DNA of 20,000 nt from sequence record DRR723986_4994, one strand, 5' to 3'. This document shows, one piece after another, positions 1 to 8,869 of this stretch; position 1 is the stretch's first letter; every line of letters starts with the position of its first letter. The notes under the pieces are model-generated. The model had not been told where the DNA came from. It made no database searches and saw only the letters and a program-made list of their open reading frames with translations. Made by a program: the position numbers and the translations under genes.

Positions 1-434
1 GAGAAACGGTGCAGTTTTGCAATGTATCCCATTAGTTTGGCATAAGAACCTTCTTCAACAAGGTTTTTAATGTCTTCTACAACCGCTACTTTTAAATCAG
101 TAAAAAAGTCTAAGTTTTCTTCGTAAACAATTCCTTCCTTATCTTTTTTAATAGCGTTACCCGCATATCTAATGGCATCATTAAACGCCTTAGGGTATTT
201 TTCAGTCCAAGCTTGATCTTTTGACATCATGAAATTACATTTTGCCAAATAAAAAAACGGCAAGGCGTCTTTTTTAGAATCGTCTTTTTGCGTGTATTTC
301 TCGGCTTGTTTTAGCAATTTTTCCCAATTGCCATCTGCGTAGAGAATTAGTAAGTCATCATATAAAGGCGGTTGCGCTTCTATTTTGAATACTACTCCGA
401 ATACGAGGAATAAAAGAAATGCTAATTTTTTCAT
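1..434 (-). CDS. Hypothetical secreted helical protein (partial, runs off window start)
   Basis: Not in ORF track. ATG at 434; manual translation MKKLAFLLFLVFGVVFKIEAQPPLYDDLLILYADGNWEKLLKQAEKYTQKDD... is open to the window edge. Sec signal peptide with A|Q cleavage site. Confidence 0.75.
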   Translation of the reverse strand, partial: MKKLAFLLFLVFGVVFKIEAQPPLYDDLLILYADGNWEKLLKQAEKYTQKDDSKKDALPFFYLAKCNFMMSKDQAWTEKYPKAFNDAIRYAGNAIKKDKEGIVYEENLDFFTDLKVAVVEDIKNLVEEGSYAKLMGYIAKLHRF

Positions 435-513
435 TGTGTGTTATTTTATAAGCTTAAACTCAAATTTGATGCCTAAAGTTACGATTTATCAAAATTAAGA
501 AAATTTTAACAAA

Positions 514-2676
514 CTATTCCTCATAGAACTTTAACAATATCTCAAGAATTTCAATGGCTGCAGCAGAAATTTTAGTTCCAGGCCCAAATATGCCTAAAAC
601 CCCAGCCGAATAGAGGAATTCGTAATCTTGTTGCGGAATTACTCCTCCAGCGATTACCATGATATCTTCACGACCTGCTTGCTTCAATTCTTCAATTACT
701 TGTGGAATGAGTGTTTTATGTCCAGCAGCCAACGAACTTACCCCTAAAATATGAACATCATTTTCAATGGCTTGTTTCACGGCTTCTTTTGGCGTTTGGA
801 ATAATGGCCCAATATCCACGTCAAAACCAATATCCGCAAATGAAGTTGAAATAACTTTTGCGCCACGATCGTGGCCATCTTGCCCCATTTTAGCGACCAT
901 GATTCTAGGTCGTCTACCCTCTAGTTGAGCATATTTTTCTACCAATTCCTTGGCCTTATTGAATTCTGAATCTTGCATGGCTTCTGCTGAATAAACCCCA
1001 GAAATGGTTCTGATGGTTGCTTTATATCTTCCAAAGGCTTTTTCCATTGCATCTGAAATCTCACCTAAAGATGCACGCTCTCTAGCACAATCAACGGCTA
1101 GCGCTAATAAATTCTGATCTGAACTGCGTTGGTCTCCCTCTTGAATTGAAAGCTGGGCGGCGTTTTCCAAAGCGGCTAAAGCAGCGGTGACTTTTATTTC
1201 ATCCCTTTCGGCCTTCATTTTGTTAAGACGCTCAATTTGTGATAATCTCACTTTGGTATTGTCAACTTCAAGAATGTCCATTTCAGTTTCTTCGTCTAAC
1301 TGATAACGGTTAACTCCAATGATAATGTCTTTTCCGGCGTCAATTCGCGCTTGTTTACGGGCTGCAGCTTCTTCAATTCGCATTTTAGGAATGCCTGAAT
1401 CTATTGCATCTGCCATTCCGCCCAGTTCCTCGATTTCTTGAATATGTTCCCAAGCTTTGTGGGCAATATCATGCGTGAGTTTTTCTACATAATTTGATCC
1501 AGCCCAAGGGTCAATTACCTTCGTGATGCCCGTTTCTTCTTGCAAGTAGATTTGCGTATTTCTGGCTATTCTCGCAGAAAAATCGGTAGGTAGCGCAATG
1601 GCCTCATCCAAGGCATTGGTGTGCAATGATTGTGTTCCGCCTAGGGTTGCCGCTAAGGCTTCAATACACGTTCGTGCAACATTATTGTAAGGATCTTGCT
1701 CTGTTAAGCTCCATCCAGATGTTTGACAATGGGTTCTAAGCGCTAATGATTTTGGATTTTCAGGATTGAATTGATTGACCAATTTGGCCCATATCATTCT
1801 TGCTGCTCTCATTTTGGCAATTTCCATGAAATGATTCATGCCCACAGCCCAGAAGAATGAAAGTCTTGGTGCGAAATCATCTATTTTCATGCCTGAAGCA
1901 ATTCCTGCTTTTATATATTCAAGTCCATCTGATAAGGTATAAGCAAGTTCTAGATCGGCAGTTGCTCCGGCCTCTTGCATATGATATCCAGAAATCGAAA
2001 TGGAATTGAACTTCGGCATGTTTTGCGAAGTATATTTAAAAATATCTGCAATGATGCGCATTGAATGTTTAGGTGGATAGATATAGGTATTCCTCACCAT
2101 GAACTCCTTCAAAATATCATTTTGAATAGTGCCGGCTAGATCTTTTCTATCCACTCCTTGCTCTTCAGCTGCTACAATGTAAAAGGCTAAAATCGGAATC
2201 ACTGCACCGTTCATGGTCATTGAAACCGACATTTTATCCAAAGGAATTTGATCAAAAAGAATTTTCATATCCTCAACCGAATCTATCGCAACGCCGGCTT
2301 TACCTACATCTCCCACAACACGTTCATGATCTGAATCGTATCCTCTGTGTGTTGCTAAATCAAAAGCTACAGAAAGTCCTTTCTGTCCAGCAGCTAAATT
2401 TCTTCGGTAAAAAGCATTGGATTCTTCTGCGGTTGAAAATCCGGCATATTGTCTTATCGTCCATGGTCGAATCGTGTACATGGTTGAGTAAGGCCCTCTG
2501 AGGTTTGGAGCAATCCCAGAAACAAAATTTAAATGCTCCACCTCTTTCAAATCATCTTGAGAATAGCTCGATTTAATTTGAATCTTTTCAGCAGTTTCAA
2601 ACGTTGAATGCTCTTCTTTGGTAGAGTTAGCGTAGTGCTTTTTAATATCAATATGGTCAAATGTTACTCTACTCAT
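514..2676 (-). CDS. scpA: Methylmalonyl-CoA mutase, catalytic large subunit
   Basis: [38 protein letters not shown] motifs, and C-terminal B12-binding [10 protein letters not shown] (DxHxxG) and SSLAAGH. Confidence 0.97.
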   Translation of the reverse strand: MSRVTFDHIDIKKHYANSTKEEHSTFETAEKIQIKSSYSQDDLKEVEHLNFVSGIAPNLRGPYSTMYTIRPWTIRQYAGFSTAEESNAFYRRNLAAGQKGLSVAFDLATHRGYDSDHERVVGDVGKAGVAIDSVEDMKILFDQIPLDKMSVSMTMNGAVIPILAFYIVAAEEQGVDRKDLAGTIQNDILKEFMVRNTYIYPPKHSMRIIADIFKYTSQNMPKFNSISISGYHMQEAGATADLELAYTLSDGLEYIKAGIASGMKIDDFAPRLSFFWAVGMNHFMEIAKMRAARMIWAKLVNQFNPENPKSLALRTHCQTSGWSLTEQDPYNNVARTCIEALAATLGGTQSLHTNALDEAIALPTDFSARIARNTQIYLQEETGITKVIDPWAGSNYVEKLTHDIAHKAWEHIQEIEELGGMADAIDSGIPKMRIEEAAARKQARIDAGKDIIIGVNRYQLDEETEMDILEVDNTKVRLSQIERLNKMKAERDEIKVTAALAALENAAQLSIQEGDQRSSDQNLLALAVDCARERASLGEISDAMEKAFGRYKATIRTISGVYSAEAMQDSEFNKAKELVEKYAQLEGRRPRIMVAKMGQDGHDRGAKVISTSFADIGFDVDIGPLFQTPKEAVKQAIENDVHILGVSSLAAGHKTLIPQVIEELKQAGREDIMVIAGGVIPQQDYEFLYSAGVLGIFGPGTKISAAAIEILEILLKFYEE

Positions 2677-3983
2677 ACTTTTTCAGTTTTCTTGTAAAAA
2701 GATTCCAATTTGAAAGGTGTTAATGCTTTAAAATCAATTTGTTGAGGTGTGTAGTTTACTGTTTTATCTTTCCAGTCTTCTAGACTCGAATGAAATTTAT
2801 TCACCCCTAAAAACGTTTTTTGATTTTCATTTAATTGTTGGCTTAAAAAGTTTCTGTTTTGCTCAATTAAATCTTGAATACTACCAGATTCAATAGATAC
2901 ACAAAAGCCACCTTCACTTTCTAAGCGTTTAAATAAATCCCAAGATTTTTCTAGGATCTGATCGGTAAGTGATTCAATATAGTAAGAACCTTGTCCCGGA
3001 TCAACAACTTTATCTAAATAGCTTTCTTCTTTGAGAATCAATTGAATGTTCTTGGCCATTCTTTTATTCAATTCATTCGTTTCAGGATTTCCAGAAATCA
3101 ATGGCTGAACAGTTAAAACATCACATCCACCTAGTACGGCAGACATGGCTTGAGTGGTTTCACGCAATAAGTTGTTGTTCGCATCATTTTCGGCTAAAAA
3201 ACGACAAGATGTTTTAGCGTATAAAGTAAATTCTTGGTGTTTATGATTTGAATCGTACGCCTCAAAAATCCCCTTAACTATTGATCGAATTGCTCTTGTT
3301 TTTGCAATGTTGACAAAGTAATTATCAGTGATTGAAATCTCAATACTAAGGTTTTGATTGATTTCAATCAGACTAACGCCAGCATTTGTTAATAAATGGA
3401 TGTATTCGTTTAAATGACTTGCCGTAAATGCCAATTCTTGAACACTTGTAGCGCCAGTGTCTCCATAAACTGAACCAGATATCCATAGGTTTTTACGATT
3501 TGAAGTAGCTTGATAGAATTTGATAAAACTCTCTTTTTCATGCATCCACTTACCACTCAAAATCGATTGACCGAAGATGTCAAAATTTAAATTCGCCTTA
3601 TCAGGAAAAACAGAGTAATCATCAACTAAATCAATTAAAGAGATGTCTGTTGTAATGTGTTCGAATAAGACTGAATTGGTCTGTGAATCAAACACGGGGG
3701 TATGCAACAAACCTAAAGCCGTAATGCCGTCATTTAAATCTTGCAATAATTCTTTGTTGGGTTCAGAAGTGTAAGCTTTTCTTATTTTCCAATCGTTGGT
3801 ATTTTTTGAATAGGCCTTTTTTACTGGTCTCCCTTCTTCTGGATGATGATAAGCTTTAATTTCCAGATCCATTTCTGGCCTTGTGTGCAATACGTCCAGC
3901 GGTTTTCCTTTTAAATCTACGTTGATTTTTGCTAACCACTCGTCAAGATTTACTCCTTTGAATTCTTCGAACAATTTTTCCAT
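2673..3983 (-). CDS. Methylmalonyl-CoA mutase small (non-catalytic) subunit, MutA-like
   Basis: W..KI..DLKG N-terminus, [40 protein letters not shown] and GVNKF motifs. 4-nt overlap with the large subunit gene. No DxHxxG motif. Confidence 0.9.
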   Translation of the reverse strand: MEKLFEEFKGVNLDEWLAKINVDLKGKPLDVLHTRPEMDLEIKAYHHPEEGRPVKKAYSKNTNDWKIRKAYTSEPNKELLQDLNDGITALGLLHTPVFDSQTNSVLFEHITTDISLIDLVDDYSVFPDKANLNFDIFGQSILSGKWMHEKESFIKFYQATSNRKNLWISGSVYGDTGATSVQELAFTASHLNEYIHLLTNAGVSLIEINQNLSIEISITDNYFVNIAKTRAIRSIVKGIFEAYDSNHKHQEFTLYAKTSCRFLAENDANNNLLRETTQAMSAVLGGCDVLTVQPLISGNPETNELNKRMAKNIQLILKEESYLDKVVDPGQGSYYIESLTDQILEKSWDLFKRLESEGGFCVSIESGSIQDLIEQNRNFLSQQLNENQKTFLGVNKFHSSLEDWKDKTVNYTPQQIDFKALTPFKLESFYKKTEKV

Positions 3984-3988
3984 CTCTA

Positions 3989-3996
3989 CAAATTTA
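3989..3996 (-). promoter_or_regulatory. Bacteroidota sigma-A -7 element (TAAATTTG) immediately upstream of the mutase small subunit
   Basis: Minus strand reads TAAATTTG, matching TAnnTTTG, and ends 5 nt before the ATG at 3983. Confidence 0.5.
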
Positions 3997-4001
3997 ATTG
4001 A

Positions 4002-4178
4002 TTAAAGATAATCCATGATAATTTTTAATGCGATCCCTAAAATTCCAGCTCCTGCCAAAAATCCAGTTACGAAATATCGACTAAATGAGTAGCCTTGCTT
4101 TTGCAGGATCAAACCCGCTATCAGACCAATGATAAGTGCGCCAGAAATGTCAATGATAAAAGCCGTTGTTGGACTCAT
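4002..4178 (-). CDS. Small two-TM membrane protein (58 aa), not in ORF track
   Basis: MSPTTAFIIDISGALIIGLIAGLILQKQGYSFSRYFVTGFLAGAGILGIALKIIMDYL*. Its ATG overlaps the mazG stop (TAATG), and it fills the mazG-mutase gap. Confidence 0.75.
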   Translation of the reverse strand: MSPTTAFIIDISGALIIGLIAGLILQKQGYSFSRYFVTGFLAGAGILGIALKIIMDYL

Positions 4179-4945
4179 TAGTCAAGTTTTTTGGCTTTTT
4201 CCCAGTACTGATCCATTTCGGTGAGTGCCATATCAGCGATACTTTTCCCGTCCTTTTTAGTTTCGGCTTCCATCCATTGAAAGCGTTTAATGAATTTTTG
4301 ATTGGTTTTAGAAAGGGCATCTTCAGGATTGATATCTACCCAGCGCGCATAGTTGATGAGTGAAAAAAGGACGTCACCAAATTCTTCTTCCATCTTCGCC
4401 TTATTGCCAGCTTTCACTTCATCTTGAAATTCTTGAATTTCTTCATTGACTTTATCCCAAACTTGATCTTGATTATCCCATTCAAATCCGATTCCTTTTA
4501 CTTTGTCCTGAATCCGCGTAGCTTTTACCAATGCAGGTAACGATTTTGGGACTCCCTGGAGAACAGATGTTTTGCCCTCTTTCAGTTTTAATTTCTCCCA
4601 ATTAGCTTTTACTTCTTCCTCATCTGCAACTTCAACATCTCCATAAATATGCGGATGTCTGTGCACCAATTTATCGCAAATAGCATTCAGCACGTCAGCA
4701 ATATCAAAGGCTTTTTTCTCATCTGCAATTTTCGAATAAAATACCATGTGCAGCATTAAGTCGCCTATTTCACCTTTTAACTCGTCAAGATTATTGGCAA
4801 TAATGGCATCAGAAAGTTCGTAGGTTTCTTCAATTGTCAAATGTCTCAAAGATTCAAGCGTTTGCTTTTTATCCCATGGACATTGCTCTCTCAATTCATC
4901 CATTATTATTAAAAGCCGCTCAAATGCTTTTAGTTTATCTTCCAT
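4178..4945 (-). CDS. mazG: Nucleoside triphosphate pyrophosphohydrolase MazG
   Basis: LREQCPWDKKQT, EETYEL, ELKGEIGD, RHPHIY, SLPAL and EEEFGDVLF motifs (tandem MazG domains). Confidence 0.96.
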   Translation of the reverse strand: MEDKLKAFERLLIIMDELREQCPWDKKQTLESLRHLTIEETYELSDAIIANNLDELKGEIGDLMLHMVFYSKIADEKKAFDIADVLNAICDKLVHRHPHIYGDVEVADEEEVKANWEKLKLKEGKTSVLQGVPKSLPALVKATRIQDKVKGIGFEWDNQDQVWDKVNEEIQEFQDEVKAGNKAKMEEEFGDVLFSLINYARWVDINPEDALSKTNQKFIKRFQWMEAETKKDGKSIADMALTEMDQYWEKAKKLD

Positions 4946-4984
4946 TTTTAGTATTTTGGCAGTTTCAAAGCTGATTTTCTGAAC

Positions 4985-6097
4985 GTGAAGGTATATTCTT
5001 TTTTACTTTTTTTCTTGCTCTCGTGCACTGGTTTTGGACAAAGATTTCAACAATATCAACCTTCATACATATCTGTAAAGTCTAAACTTGGATTTCTCAT
5101 TGCGCACAGGTCTAAAATGGCTCATTTGCCAGAAAAAAGTGTAAAATCCATTGAATTGTGCTTCGCACAGCAAGACAGAAGCAATACGGCTTGGTCAAAT
5201 GTTTATAAAAATCCGGTAAGAGGATTATCCTTGATGTATCAAGATTTTGGAAATTCTGAAGTATTAGGTCAAGGAATCAGTTTGTTCGGACACACTTCTT
5301 TTCCAATTTATCAGGGAGAACGTTTTGGTTTTTTGGATTTTAGATTGGGTACTGGAGTCGCCTATGTTACTAAAAGATACGATACTGAATTGAATCCTAA
5401 AAACAATGCGATTGGTTCACATGTGAATGGTTTTGTGAATTTGCAGTTCAATTGGGACAAGCATTTTGAGCATTTTCATTTCGGTGCAGGAATTGAGTTT
5501 TCTCATTATTCAAACGCCGCAACGAAAGTTCCAAATTTAGGATTAAACATCCCTTCAATCAACTTTAATTTGGGTTATTCAATTGATAAACGTGAAGTTT
5601 GGAAACCAAATAAAGAAAAGGAACTCGCTACTAATCATAGTGAGATTATGTCAGATGATTTTCATTTGATATTAGTGGGAGGATCAAAACAAAATGTAGC
5701 TAAGCAACTCAAACCAAAATCTCGTCCAATTATCGGTTTATCCGCTTTGTATTCGAAATCATTGGGTGATCGGTGGAAATTGGACGGAGCGCTTGATTTA
5801 GTTTACAATGACGCGAACCGGCATTATCACGATACCAGTACTTATAAAGTAGGGGAGACTTTGCAACTCGGTGCTTATTTAGGAACAAGTATTCATTTCT
5901 ATAAAGCCGCTTTTGTGGTAGGATTAGGGGTTTATATGTACAGCCCGGTAAAACCCTTTGGCTTATTTTACAATCGTTTAGGATTCCGTTATCATTTTAC
6001 ACCAAAGTTGGTGGGAACGGTTGCTATTAAAGCACATTGGGGAATAGCGGATTATTTAGAAATTGGCTTAGGCTATAAACTGTGGAAGCGGAAATGA
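4985..6097 (+). CDS. Acyloxyacyl hydrolase / PagL-like outer-membrane beta-barrel protein
   Basis: GTG start, signal peptide, amphipathic beta strands, SHYSNA..K.PNLGLN motif resembling the PagL H-x-S-N site, aromatic C-terminal strand (IGLGYKLW). Confidence 0.7.
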   Translation: MKVYSFLLFFLLSCTGFGQRFQQYQPSYISVKSKLGFLIAHRSKMAHLPEKSVKSIELCFAQQDRSNTAWSNVYKNPVRGLSLMYQDFGNSEVLGQGISLFGHTSFPIYQGERFGFLDFRLGTGVAYVTKRYDTELNPKNNAIGSHVNGFVNLQFNWDKHFEHFHFGAGIEFSHYSNAATKVPNLGLNIPSINFNLGYSIDKREVWKPNKEKELATNHSEIMSDDFHLILVGGSKQNVAKQLKPKSRPIIGLSALYSKSLGDRWKLDGALDLVYNDANRHYHDTSTYKVGETLQLGAYLGTSIHFYKAAFVVGLGVYMYSPVKPFGLFYNRLGFRYHFTPKLVGTVAIKAHWGIADYLEIGLGYKLWKRK

Positions 6098-6825
6098 AGA
6101 AGTTGATCATTATATTTGTTGTTTTTAGTGTTTGTGCGTGCAAAAAGGCTCCAGAAAGAGGCTGCTTTAAAGGTCATGGCGAAGAAATTCAAATGGAGAT
6201 TGCCTTAGATTCAACGAATTCGTTTGTGCTGAATAAAAAAATGAAGTTCAGGTTGTTTGAAGATACACTAAATAAGATCGTGTTAAAAGGCGGTGCGAAT
6301 ATGTTAAATATGATAGATGTTCGAACTGAGGGCTTTGAAACAACTATATCTAATGAAAATTCATGTCACTTTTTAAGAGACTCTGAAAGGTTTGTTGAAG
6401 TAGAAATACACTATTCAAATTACAGACATCTCACTTTACACACCTCAGATTCGGTAATTTTTGAGAATACGATAGCATCAGATTCTTTGTCTATTCAATT
6501 TTTTGAATCAGGCAGTTCATTGATTTTGGATGTTGATAATACCTTTACTCAAGTAATTGTATCAAGAGGAACGGCTGATTTCGTATTGAGCGGTAAAAGT
6601 CAAAACAGCGTAATAAAAGTTCAAGACAATGGTTATGCTGATGCTTTAGATTTTAGGTCGCCTTATATGTTCGCTGCTTCGAGCTCTACAGCAAATCTTA
6701 AGCTAAATTTAGACAGTGCTTCGGCAACTGTATTTTTGGATGGTTCTGGTGACATCTTATATCATGGCGAACCAAACTCTTTAAACCTGAGTGGTGCGGG
6801 TAGTGGAAAACTTATTAAATATTAA
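6094..6825 (+). CDS. GIN-domain (DUF2807) lipoprotein
   Basis: Preferred start is ATG 6094 (ATGA overlap with upstream stop). Lipoprotein signal MKKLIIIFVVFSVCA|C; beta-helix-like repeats; C-terminal GSGDILYHGEP...GSGKL typical of DUF2807. Confidence 0.75.
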   Translation: MKKLIIIFVVFSVCACKKAPERGCFKGHGEEIQMEIALDSTNSFVLNKKMKFRLFEDTLNKIVLKGGANMLNMIDVRTEGFETTISNENSCHFLRDSERFVEVEIHYSNYRHLTLHTSDSVIFENTIASDSLSIQFFESGSSLILDVDNTFTQVIVSRGTADFVLSGKSQNSVIKVQDNGYADALDFRSPYMFAASSSTANLKLNLDSASATVFLDGSGDILYHGEPNSLNLSGAGSGKLIKY

Positions 6826-6837
6826 TTTAAAAATAAG

Positions 6838-6867
6838 TTTGATATATTTTTATAAATGCTACATTTG
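6838..6867 (+). promoter_or_regulatory. Bacteroidota sigma-A promoter (-33 TTTG / -7 TACATTTG)
   Basis: TTTG at 6838-6841, 18-nt spacer, TACATTTG at 6860-6867, then an A-rich leader to ATG 6896. Confidence 0.65.
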
Positions 6868-6895
6868 GGCGTAAACCAATAAAAAAAATAAAATT

Positions 6896-7360
6896 ATGCA
6901 TAAGCAAAGACTATTTATCATTATCGCGGCGGCGATCGGGGTTATTTCAACATTTTTACCTTGGTTCTCCGTGTCATTTTTTGGAATGAAAATTTCACTT
7001 TCTGGACTTGCACCTGAAGTTTGGGGTGGATATGTATTTATCGCGTTAGCAATTGCTACGGCTGCAATGGCTTTTACACAAGGTGATAAAGCTAACGAAC
7101 TTGACGCAGAAGGAAAGAAGAAAGTAATGGGTGCGGCAGGTGCTGCAGTTGGTTTTATGCTTTACTTTATTGTAATTAAATTAGAGTTTACTGCTGCTGG
7201 TCTTGGTGCTTGGTTAGCTTTAATCGCTTCTTTAGGTATGTTAGCTGTTCCTTTCGTAGTTAAAGGAGACGGTACTTTTGAAATGCCAAATAAAGATACA
7301 ATCAAAGCTGATTTAGACGACAACGCTAATGATACTCCAGAAGATACAACTGCAGAGTAA
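6896..7360 (+). CDS. Hypothetical membrane protein (about 4 TM) with acidic C-terminal tail
   Basis: 154-aa ORF with four hydrophobic segments and an FLPW motif after TM1. It has its own promoter and terminator. Confidence 0.85.
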   Translation: MHKQRLFIIIAAAIGVISTFLPWFSVSFFGMKISLSGLAPEVWGGYVFIALAIATAAMAFTQGDKANELDAEGKKKVMGAAGAAVGFMLYFIVIKLEFTAAGLGAWLALIASLGMLAVPFVVKGDGTFEMPNKDTIKADLDDNANDTPEDTTAE

Positions 7361-7377
7361 TAATATACTGAAATAGT

Positions 7378-7412
7378 AAAAAGCCCTATTGATATTCAAT
7401 AGGGCTTTTTTT
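7378..7412 (+). terminator. Rho-independent terminator
   Basis: AAAAAGCCCTATTGA-TAT-TCAATAGGGCTTTTT perfect inverted repeat ending in a T tract. Confidence 0.9.
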
Positions 7413-7504
7413 ATGGGCTTAATTTGTCGTCCAAAAGGATGATTTTCAATCTATAATGGAGAAAGATTAAAAAATATTGTTAATTTGGATAAAAAATAAA
7501 ACCT

Positions 7505-8152
7505 ATGAAATACCACGTAAAATATCAAGAAGAGTACTCAAGAGGGGAGCTTTTATTAAGAGCCTTTTTTGGTGTGTTTTACATCATGATTCCACACGGA
7601 ATTTTAATGATGATTTTGGCCATTGGATTAATGTTCTACAGAATCATTGCTTGGTGGACCATCTTAATTACAGGAAAGTTCCCTAAAAGCGCTTTTGATT
7701 ATCAAGTTAAATTCATGCGTTACCAATTAAGAGTAAATGCAAGAAATTCAAATTTAGCAGATGGATATCCGGCATTTGGTTTAGATGGAACAGATGAAAA
7801 TACAGACTTTGACATGCCTTATGTTGAAGAAATCAGCAGAGGTACCTTGATAATTAGAACCTTATTTGGGCCATTTATGATTTTCCCTCATGCAATCGCA
7901 TTGATATTTAGAATGATTGGAACTATGTTCTGTGCAATTATCGGATTTTGGTCAATTTTATTGACTGGAAAATACCCTAAAGGAATGTTCGATTTTGTAG
8001 TTGGTACTGGAAGATGGGCTTATAGAGTTCAAAATTATTTGAATTTTTATACAGCAGATTATCCTCCATTCCATGGGAATGTTTTACCTCATGAAAACAA
8101 AGATGTTGAAGATGACATGGGAGGTGATGATGAGATCTTAGATGATATTTAA
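7505..8152 (+). CDS. DUF4389 domain-containing membrane protein (two tandem repeats)
   Basis: Two internal repeats SRG.L..R..FG...IPH/FPH...W.IL.TGK(F/Y)PK..FD......R...RV.......(D)YP.F. Confidence 0.85.
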   Translation: MKYHVKYQEEYSRGELLLRAFFGVFYIMIPHGILMMILAIGLMFYRIIAWWTILITGKFPKSAFDYQVKFMRYQLRVNARNSNLADGYPAFGLDGTDENTDFDMPYVEEISRGTLIIRTLFGPFMIFPHAIALIFRMIGTMFCAIIGFWSILLTGKYPKGMFDFVVGTGRWAYRVQNYLNFYTADYPPFHGNVLPHENKDVEDDMGGDDEILDDI

Positions 8153-8175
8153 GAAAGTATCTTTTTAAAATAAAT

Positions 8176-8208
8176 AAGCGCCAGGCAATAGTCTGGCGCT
8201 TTTCTTTT
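8176..8208 (+). terminator. Rho-independent terminator
   Basis: AAGCGCCAGGC-AATA-GTCTGGCGCTT hairpin followed by TTCTTTT. Confidence 0.8.
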
Positions 8209-8242
8209 GTATAAGTTGAAAGGAATTCCTTGAATAAATGTC

Positions 8243-8250
8243 TAAATTTG
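8243..8250 (+). promoter_or_regulatory. Bacteroidota -7 element (TAAATTTG)
   Basis: Consensus TAnnTTTG 16 nt upstream of ATG 8267. No well-spaced -33 element was identified. Confidence 0.5.
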
Positions 8251-8266
8251 TATCAAAGTTTAAAAA

Positions 8267-8467
8267 ATGAAACTAGCATTAATTACTATCGGTTTGTTGG
8301 CATTGGGATTTGCAGGTATTGCAATAAAAATATGGGCAAAAAAAGGAGGCGAATTTGAAGGGACTTGTGCTTCAAATAATCCTATGATTAATGGTGATGG
8401 CGAAACCTGTAGTTTCTGTGGTGCCCGTCCTGATGAACAATGTTTGAGCGACCAAGTCGCTCAATAA
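8267..8467 (+). CDS. Small membrane-anchored 4-Cys protein (NqrM-like architecture)
   Basis: N-terminal TM helix, then KK..GTC, CxxC and a fourth Cys. Upstream -7 element and A-rich leader. Confidence 0.8.
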   Translation: MKLALITIGLLALGFAGIAIKIWAKKGGEFEGTCASNNPMINGDGETCSFCGARPDEQCLSDQVAQ

Positions 8468-8502
8468 TTTTGAATTATGAATCAGGAATTATTAATTCCA
8501 GG
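8468..8502. repeat. Degenerate heptamer tandem array (left arm)
   Basis: TTTTGAA TTATGAA TCAGGAA TTATTAA TTCCAGG, starting directly after the TAA at 8465-8467. Confidence 0.7.
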
Positions 8503-8509
8503 ATTGTCT

Positions 8510-8839
8510 TCACAAGTTTTTCCTAGTTGAAATAATTATACTTTTAAGAAGTTTCAATAATTCTGTTGAATCAGCTTTTAACTTGTTATACGTTTGGGTA
8601 TCTAAGTAATCTGTTTTAAAGAGTAGGTCTAGCCAATAAATTGTTTCATCACATTCCTTCTGGGCTATTGACAATTTATGAATGAAATCTTTTTTACTTT
8701 CCCCGTTCTGGCTTTCACGAATGAGTGCTCCCACTGCTGTTCCGCTTCTCAAAAGTTGTCTTGACAACACAAATTCTTTCTGCTCTGTCTGCAATCCTTT
8801 AGAAGTATTCACAATTAGTATTGCGAAATCAAAGCTCAT
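8510..8839 (-). CDS. Four helix bundle protein (23S rRNA intervening-sequence protein / TIGR02436-like); 5' end possibly disrupted
   Basis: LSRQLLRSGTAVGALIRE, ESKKDFIHKLSIAQKECDETIYWLDLL and ELLKLLKSII are characteristic family motifs. Family-like sequence KKPNPILD continues in frame upstream of Met 8839. Confidence 0.9.
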   Translation of the reverse strand: MSFDFAILIVNTSKGLQTEQKEFVLSRQLLRSGTAVGALIRESQNGESKKDFIHKLSIAQKECDETIYWLDLLFKTDYLDTQTYNKLKADSTELLKLLKSIIISTRKNL

Positions 8840-8869
8840 ATCAAGAATGGGGTTTGGTTTTTTTCGTCA

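Noticed and set aside
2220-2501. 93-aa plus-strand ORF
   Set aside because: Antisense shadow inside the well-supported mutase gene, with no recognisable motifs.
2673-3983. Mutase small subunit as a truncated pseudogene
   Set aside because: The ORF is intact and coupled to the large subunit. Short small subunits lacking the B12-binding domain are, as far as I know, usual in Flavobacteriales.
4166-4363. 65-aa plus-strand ORF
   Set aside because: Antisense to mazG, TTG start, no motifs.
7477-7686. 69-aa plus-strand ORF
   Set aside because: Alternative frame overlapping the DUF4389 gene, TTG start.
8867-8869. In-frame TGA as selenocysteine
   Set aside because: It is at codon 2, the family has no Cys at this position to my knowledge, and no SECIS-like hairpin is evident just downstream.
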